From contig CAVVYZ010000009.1 in the NCBI GenBank assembly GCA_963752595.1, forward strand, positions 192,001 to 256,000: a DNA stretch of 64,000 bases, read 5' to 3'. The position numbers and the translations under genes are program-made. This document shows positions 59,442 through 64,000 of the stretch, one piece after another. The notes beneath the pieces were generated by a model. The model did not search any database, was not told the DNA's origin, and saw nothing but the letters and a program-made list of their open reading frames with translations. This stretch comes from an uncultured delta proteobacterium (lineage in GTDB: Bacteria; Desulfobacterota; Desulfomonilia; UBA1062). How positions within the stretch are numbered: the first letter of the stretch is position 1; the number at the start of each line of letters is the position of its first letter.

Positions 59442-60316
59442 GGGCCTGTGTGCAAACATCATAGCCAGATGAATATAGCACCGATGACCCACATTGAGCG
59501 ATAACTGTCTGCTCGTTTATCGTATCTTGTTGCGATGGAGAGGAACTGCTTGAGCCTTTTAATAAGCCGTTCAATCCGGTTTCTCAAACGGTAGGCTTCC
59601 CGGTCAAATGGACCGCCTCTTTTATTATTACTTTTTCTTGGAATAGTTACATGAATGCCATGCTTTATCAGATAGTATCTAATCCATTGGGCACTATAGC
59701 CTTTGTCTCCAATGAGGCGCTCTTAGGCGATTTCTTGGCCTTCCGACATGGGATCGTTTTATCGATCCATGTTCCATGAGCTCAAGGAACGCTGTTGTAT
59801 CATGAGATTCGCCGGGAGTAAGGGCTACCGTTATCGGCTTGCCTTCTCCTTCCGCCCGGAGGTGGACCTTGGTCGAGAACCCACCTCGACTACGGCCAAG
59901 AGCTTCTTCTCTCTGCCCCCTTTTTTTGCACCCGCTGCATTCTGGTGGGCTCTTACAACCGTGGTATCAACAAAATGAACCTTCCAGTCCACTTTCCCTT
60001 CAGAATCAGACGTGGCTTGAATCTCCGAAAGTATCCGGTCCCATACCCCGGATTCTCTCCATCTACGAAATCGACTGTGTATGGTAGACCATGACCCGTA
60101 TCTCTCCGGAATATCTCTCCAGGGTGCTCCCGTCTTTACCTTCCAGAGAATTCCATTGATGATCTTTCGGTGGTCTTCTGCCGGTCGTCCGGTCTCTGGT
60201 TTCTGGGCTGGAAGATACCCTTTGAGCTTCTGCCATTGCTTCTCTGTGAGTTCATGCCTTCTGTTCATTCCTATTTTGATGCATGAACTTCACTTTTAGA
60301 CTTTGCACACACGCCC
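59442..60316 (-). mobile_element. IS5 family (IS427-like) insertion sequence
   Basis: Terminal IRs GGGCCTGTGTGCAAAC / GGGCGTGTGTGCAAAG, both ends in CTAG with TA duplication; orfA (RHELTEKQW, TGAPWRDIPERYG.W.T, DTTVVRAHQ) and orfB (GDKGY, YRLRNRIER) joined at an A7G5 slippery site. Confidence 0.92.
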
Positions 60317-60354
60317 TAGTTATATTGGTTTTCTTTCCATCTTCTCAGTCTTCA

Positions 60355-60428
60355 ATCGAACGTAAGGCTAAGCGGTTGGAAAAGGTGCGCGGCAGATTTG
60401 CCAGCCCGACTTAAGCAGATCGTTATGC
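60355..60428 (-). other. Integron attC recombination site
   Basis: Minus strand: R'' GCATAAC (contains the gene's stop), 5 nt, L'' GCTTAAG-TCGG, loop, CCG-CTTAGC L', 5 nt, R' GTTCGAT; extrahelical bases lie on the L'' side. Confidence 0.75.
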
Positions 60429-61205
60429 CTTCCGCTTCTCAAAAAGGATATGAATCCAATTCGAATGCGGGTTATGAAAAGGTTTCTGGATATTTTTCAT
60501 ATAAAAGGCCATTCTTGTGAGAATTTTTTGCAGGATATTTCTTTGAGGTGGTTCTTTTAGCTCAGATCCACAATGGATGCAAAACTCCCCCTGATAATAA
60601 GTTCCATAGGGGTTTCCTGCAAAGTCCATAAGGAACACTGATAATGCATTGGTGTAGTCCTTGTTCTCTCCAATAAAGGATATCTTTTTAGCCTCGTATA
60701 ATGAAAATAATTGTTTTAACTTATTCTCATCAAAACTATTAACATGTCCCCATGGAGGATTCCTTTTTCCGCATGTGCAGCATTTTGTCCGACCCACTCT
60801 AATCTCTTGTTTGAAAGGTACACCAATAAGTATATATTCCTTTGCGACACGCTCTAACTCGGAGCAGGCTTTTACAAGTTGTTTAGATGGAATATGTTCA
60901 AGAACTTCTGCGCAAAAAACCAAGTCAAATTCCTTGCTAGTGAAATTCAAATTTGTAGCATCTCCCTTAACACATTGAATTCTTGGATGCTCAATTGATG
61001 GCCTTTCTAAATCAAGTGCAAACACCTTATCAAATCTCTCCGCAAGTATAATGGAAAACCAGCCATCTAGTGCGCCTACATCTAAAACAGTGCCTCGACA
61101 ATCATCTGGAATTAGGTCCATTAAATCAGAGGTTCTTGCCTTCTCTATTTTTTTGTTCCGATAATTTGTTTGGTCCATTCCTCGTTTCCTCCATTTGTCT
61201 GTCAT
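60423..61205 (-). CDS. Class I SAM-dependent methyltransferase with CxxC pairs (integron cassette ORF)
   Basis: VLDVGALDG, GDATNL.F, FDLVFCAEVLEHI; CCTC and CIHC; AT-rich; likely start ATG near 61178. Confidence 0.85.
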   Translation of the reverse strand: MTDKWRKRGMDQTNYRNKKIEKARTSDLMDLIPDDCRGTVLDVGALDGWFSIILAERFDKVFALDLERPSIEHPRIQCVKGDATNLNFTSKEFDLVFCAEVLEHIPSKQLVKACSELERVAKEYILIGVPFKQEIRVGRTKCCTCGKRNPPWGHVNSFDENKLKQLFSLYEAKKISFIGENKDYTNALSVFLMDFAGNPYGTYYQGEFCIHCGSELKEPPQRNILQKILTRMAFYMKNIQKPFHNPHSNWIHILFEKRKA

Positions 61206-61463
61206 AACAATTAGTATAATACTCTCTTGCTTCTTCTGATCATGAGGATCAGTTGGAGGGTGATAGAAGGCTCCGTCTGTTGGAGGAGAAGTAAAACATA
61301 AGTCCGGCCTCCTCTTTATTCAATGTGCTTATCAATAAATGGCTGGTGTCAATATTCCATGTATCTGTAATCGATGATGACTTTCTTGAACACAGGAAAG
61401 TTGTAATATCCAACTGATCCCGGAAAGAGATGACAGCCTCTAGAGTGCCTTTTTATCCAGCAG

Positions 61464-62036
61464 CTACTGCCCTACCTCAATTTGTTTCATGTATGTCGCA
61501 TTGTCCCAAAACAGCCATTCTTCGACCATAACGCCATCCTTCCAGCGGCCCACGGTGCACATGGGGATGGAGAACTTCTTGCCCGTTGGTTGAATGAACT
61601 TCCCGTCCCCGATCGGCATAGGCTTGGTAAAGGTCCCGGCCATAACCCCTATTACGCAGGTGTATTCTCCCGAGCCGAATTTAACTGGGTGAACTTTTAT
61701 GTTCGTATCAGGGGCATAGACAAACATGGCTTTGAGATCTTCGATATGCTTTTTGAGGCCGATTGCGGAATGACCATCGGGCCAGTCGACTTTGATGTCC
61801 TCTGCATGGCTTTCGTGCAGCCGTGTCCATTCCTGATCGCTGAATACGACATAATCGAGCTCGTCGAAGGTCTCCAGGTTCTTCTTTATGGTCGCTCTTT
61901 CATCGGCGCACTCCTTCAGGTCCATTTTTTCACCTCCTTGATCTTCGCCTGCATTTCCGGCGAGTATCCTTGGCTTATCCGCGCTCCCTACAAACGTTGA
62001 GGAAACCATAGCCACAAAAAACAAGAGTGTCACCAA
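61464..62036 (-). CDS. SnoaL-like ester cyclase / NTF2-fold exported protein
   Basis: N-terminal signal, GTFTKPM, PTGKKF.IPMCTV.RWKDG..VEEWLFWD. Confidence 0.8.
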   Translation of the reverse strand: MVTLLFFVAMVSSTFVGSADKPRILAGNAGEDQGGEKMDLKECADERATIKKNLETFDELDYVVFSDQEWTRLHESHAEDIKVDWPDGHSAIGLKKHIEDLKAMFVYAPDTNIKVHPVKFGSGEYTCVIGVMAGTFTKPMPIGDGKFIQPTGKKFSIPMCTVGRWKDGVMVEEWLFWDNATYMKQIEVGQ

Positions 62037-62410
62037 ACCACTTTAACGAACAGTTTTCTCCTTGTCCCTTCCCCCATTAATTTATAGCTTCTTATCAAGC
62101 AATACTACTCATTAGTCATAATAGGACTACGAGAAACTGATGCAAGAACTTGGCTGCTCCTTTAGCTGCTGGTGGGAATATCTTACTTTGTAATAAAATG
62201 AGACCTATCCAAAGTTTATACTGAATATTTTATATTACTTATAATTTTGTGCCGAACTACGCAGTTTCCCTTTATTAATATTATTGCATAGATCTTTTCC
62301 AGGTCCAGGAAAGTTATGATCTTCGAATGAGATCGAATAAAGTTAGAGATGGCTCCGGTTGTTTGGACAGGGGATGGCGTTTTATAAGTGAAGCCTTGCC
62401 GCTATTCCCA

Positions 62411-63241
62411 TTAAGCCGCATCGGGCATCTCCTCCCGACAACCAAAATAGACCTCATCCGGGGTTGATCTGTCAAGCGTCGAGTGTGGCCTGTGATGATT
62501 GTAAAAAGTCAGATAGCGTTCCAAGCCGCTTCTGGCTTCACTGACACTATCATAGGCATGCAGATAGACCTCCTCATATTTGATGCTTTTCCAGAGCCTC
62601 TCTACGAACACATTGTCACGCCAGCATCCTCTCCCGTCCATGCTGATGGCAATACCTTTTTCCTTCAAAAGCGCAGTAAACTCCATGCTGGTAAACTGGC
62701 TGCCCTGGTCGGTATTGAAGATTTCCGGTGTGCCATATAGATCTAGGGCTTCCTGAACCGCCTCGATACAAAAATCTGTGCTCAGGGTGTTTGACAGCCT
62801 CCACGAGAGTACCCGCCGTGAAGCCCAGTCCATCACCACGAAGAGATAGACAAAACCCCGCTTCATCGGAATATAGGTGATGTCTGCTGCCCAGACATGG
62901 TTGGGTCTCTCGATCTTCAGGTTCCTAAGCAGATAGGGATAGACCTGATGACCTGGGTGACGCCTGCTGGTATTGGGCTTGCGGTAGATGGCGCTAATTC
63001 GCATGCGTCTCATCAGGGTGCTCACATGCCGGCGACCGACCAGATGTCCTTCGCGTCTGAGCATATCCCTAAGCATCCGGGCTCCGGCAAAGGGATAATC
63101 AAGATGCAGCTTATCTATCCGATGCATCAGCGCAAGATCGGCTGGCAATACCGGTCGTGGCAGGTAATATACGCTCGAACGCGACAGCTTCAAGGTACGG
63201 CACTGCCTCGTTACCGGCAGTTTGTGGCTGGGGTTTATCAT
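62411..63241 (-). CDS. IS3 family transposase OrfB (DDE/rve)
   Basis: WAADITY, FNTDQGSQF, DNVFVERLWKSIKYE, YN..RPHSTL. Confidence 0.95.
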   Translation of the reverse strand: MINPSHKLPVTRQCRTLKLSRSSVYYLPRPVLPADLALMHRIDKLHLDYPFAGARMLRDMLRREGHLVGRRHVSTLMRRMRISAIYRKPNTSRRHPGHQVYPYLLRNLKIERPNHVWAADITYIPMKRGFVYLFVVMDWASRRVLSWRLSNTLSTDFCIEAVQEALDLYGTPEIFNTDQGSQFTSMEFTALLKEKGIAISMDGRGCWRDNVFVERLWKSIKYEEVYLHAYDSVSEARSGLERYLTFYNHHRPHSTLDRSTPDEVYFGCREEMPDAA

Positions 63242-63534
63242 TTCCTTGCGCTCAGCCGACCCACTTTGATGAGCGCCTTTTCTAAAAAATCGTTCTCCAG
63301 GGTCAGTTCACCGATCTTGGCATGCAGCTCCTTCAGGTCCGGTTCCTTGCCCTTCCTGGGGCCGTCAAAGACCATGGCGGCACCATCGAGCATCTGCTGC
63401 TTCCAGTCCGATATCTGGTTGGGGTGTACATCGAACTGCTCAGCTATCTCTGCGAGCGTTTTATCTCCCTTGATTGCTGACAATGCCACTTTCGCCTTAA
63501 AACTTGCCGAGTGATTCCGTCTTGTCCTTCTCAT
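63238..63534 (-). CDS. IS3 family transposase OrfA (HTH)
   Basis: RRNHSASFKAKVAL, EIAEQFDVHPNQI..WK, LHAKIGELTLENDFL; ATGA overlap with OrfB. Confidence 0.93.
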   Translation of the reverse strand: MRRTRRNHSASFKAKVALSAIKGDKTLAEIAEQFDVHPNQISDWKQQMLDGAAMVFDGPRKGKEPDLKELHAKIGELTLENDFLEKALIKVGRLSARK

Positions 63535-63915
63535 CCTCTTGCTCCTTTCTTTGACCGTATTTCATCGGCCTCTTTTGAGCAAGTCTTTCACTTATAGACC
63601 TGTCCGAATTTCCGGAGCCACTTCTATATTTACAATTGTTCCACACATGGTGGAGGTTTAGGTGGAAGTCTGAGATAACCTTGTTTGCGGCAGGATGTTT
63701 GGTTCACCTCTGCGATAAATTGTTGGTTTTCATAATATATGAAAACTGATGATCTTCAGGAGATATATTGATATCATTTTTATATTACTGCATGCCATAG
63801 TTTTTATTTATATAATTACTTTAAAATATAAAAGTAATTGTTATAGTAATATTTTCATGAGTGTAAAAATTTAAGTAAATCAATTACGATAAAAACGCTA
63901 GAAGGGAGATAAATA

Positions 63916-64000
63916 ATGAATGATTTAACACAACTTCGCAAGTCGAAAGGATTCACAATGCAAACACTTGCAAAAAAAAGTGGTATTTCTGCCAATACAA
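63916..64000 (+). CDS. XRE-family helix-turn-helix protein (3' truncated by window edge)
   Basis: RBS GGGAG; MNDLTQLRKSKGFTMQTLAKKSGISANT... Confidence 0.65.
   Translation, partial: MNDLTQLRKSKGFTMQTLAKKSGISANT

Larger units (their letters stand above)
62344..63626 (-). mobile_element. IS3 family insertion sequence
   Basis: IRs TAGAGATGGCTCCGGTTGTTTGGACAGG / TAGAAGTGGCTCCGGAAATTCGGACAGG; orfA and orfB inside. Confidence 0.92.

Overview
Bacterial chromosomal window, gene content and style consistent with an anaerobic deltaproteobacterium (Desulfobacterota-like; inference). Many genes, including essential ones (dxs, ispH, pgk, tpiA, clpB), are split by single-base indels, which most likely reflect an unpolished long-read assembly; CDS coordinates are therefore given for the reconstructed genes and are approximate at broken ends. 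Layout: (1) 1-9.9 kb envelope/accessory block (PDZ fragment, HtpX, outer-membrane proteins, tripartite RND efflux pump); (2) a ~9.4 kb defence island downstream of tRNA-Lys(CTT), bounded by a decayed near-full-length copy of that tRNA, carrying one tightly coupled operon hsdR-hsdS-hsdM-[NucS-like nuclease with a putative PUA/EVE-like domain]-darT-darG; (3) a five-tRNA operon; (4) housekeeping core: ybeY/phoH, queD-folE2-PurM/HypE-like, biotin carboxylase, mltB-like-ispA-dxs-tlyA-ispH (IspH fused to a UbiA-like membrane domain), 3x Hsp20 plus clpB, a 2-oxoacid:ferredoxin oxidoreductase operon, pgk-tpiA-secG, paaK-like ligase, S1 protein, TetR-yhiI-rbbA-yhhJ; (5) 59-64 kb AT-rich mobile hotspot with an IS5, a solitary integron gene cassette (attC plus Zn-ribbon methyltransferase) and an IS3. 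The best leads for something undescribed are the RM/nuclease/DarTG operon, the orphan integron cassette, the IspH-UbiA-like fusion, the queD-folE2-HypE-like operon and a ~170 bp intergenic palindrome.
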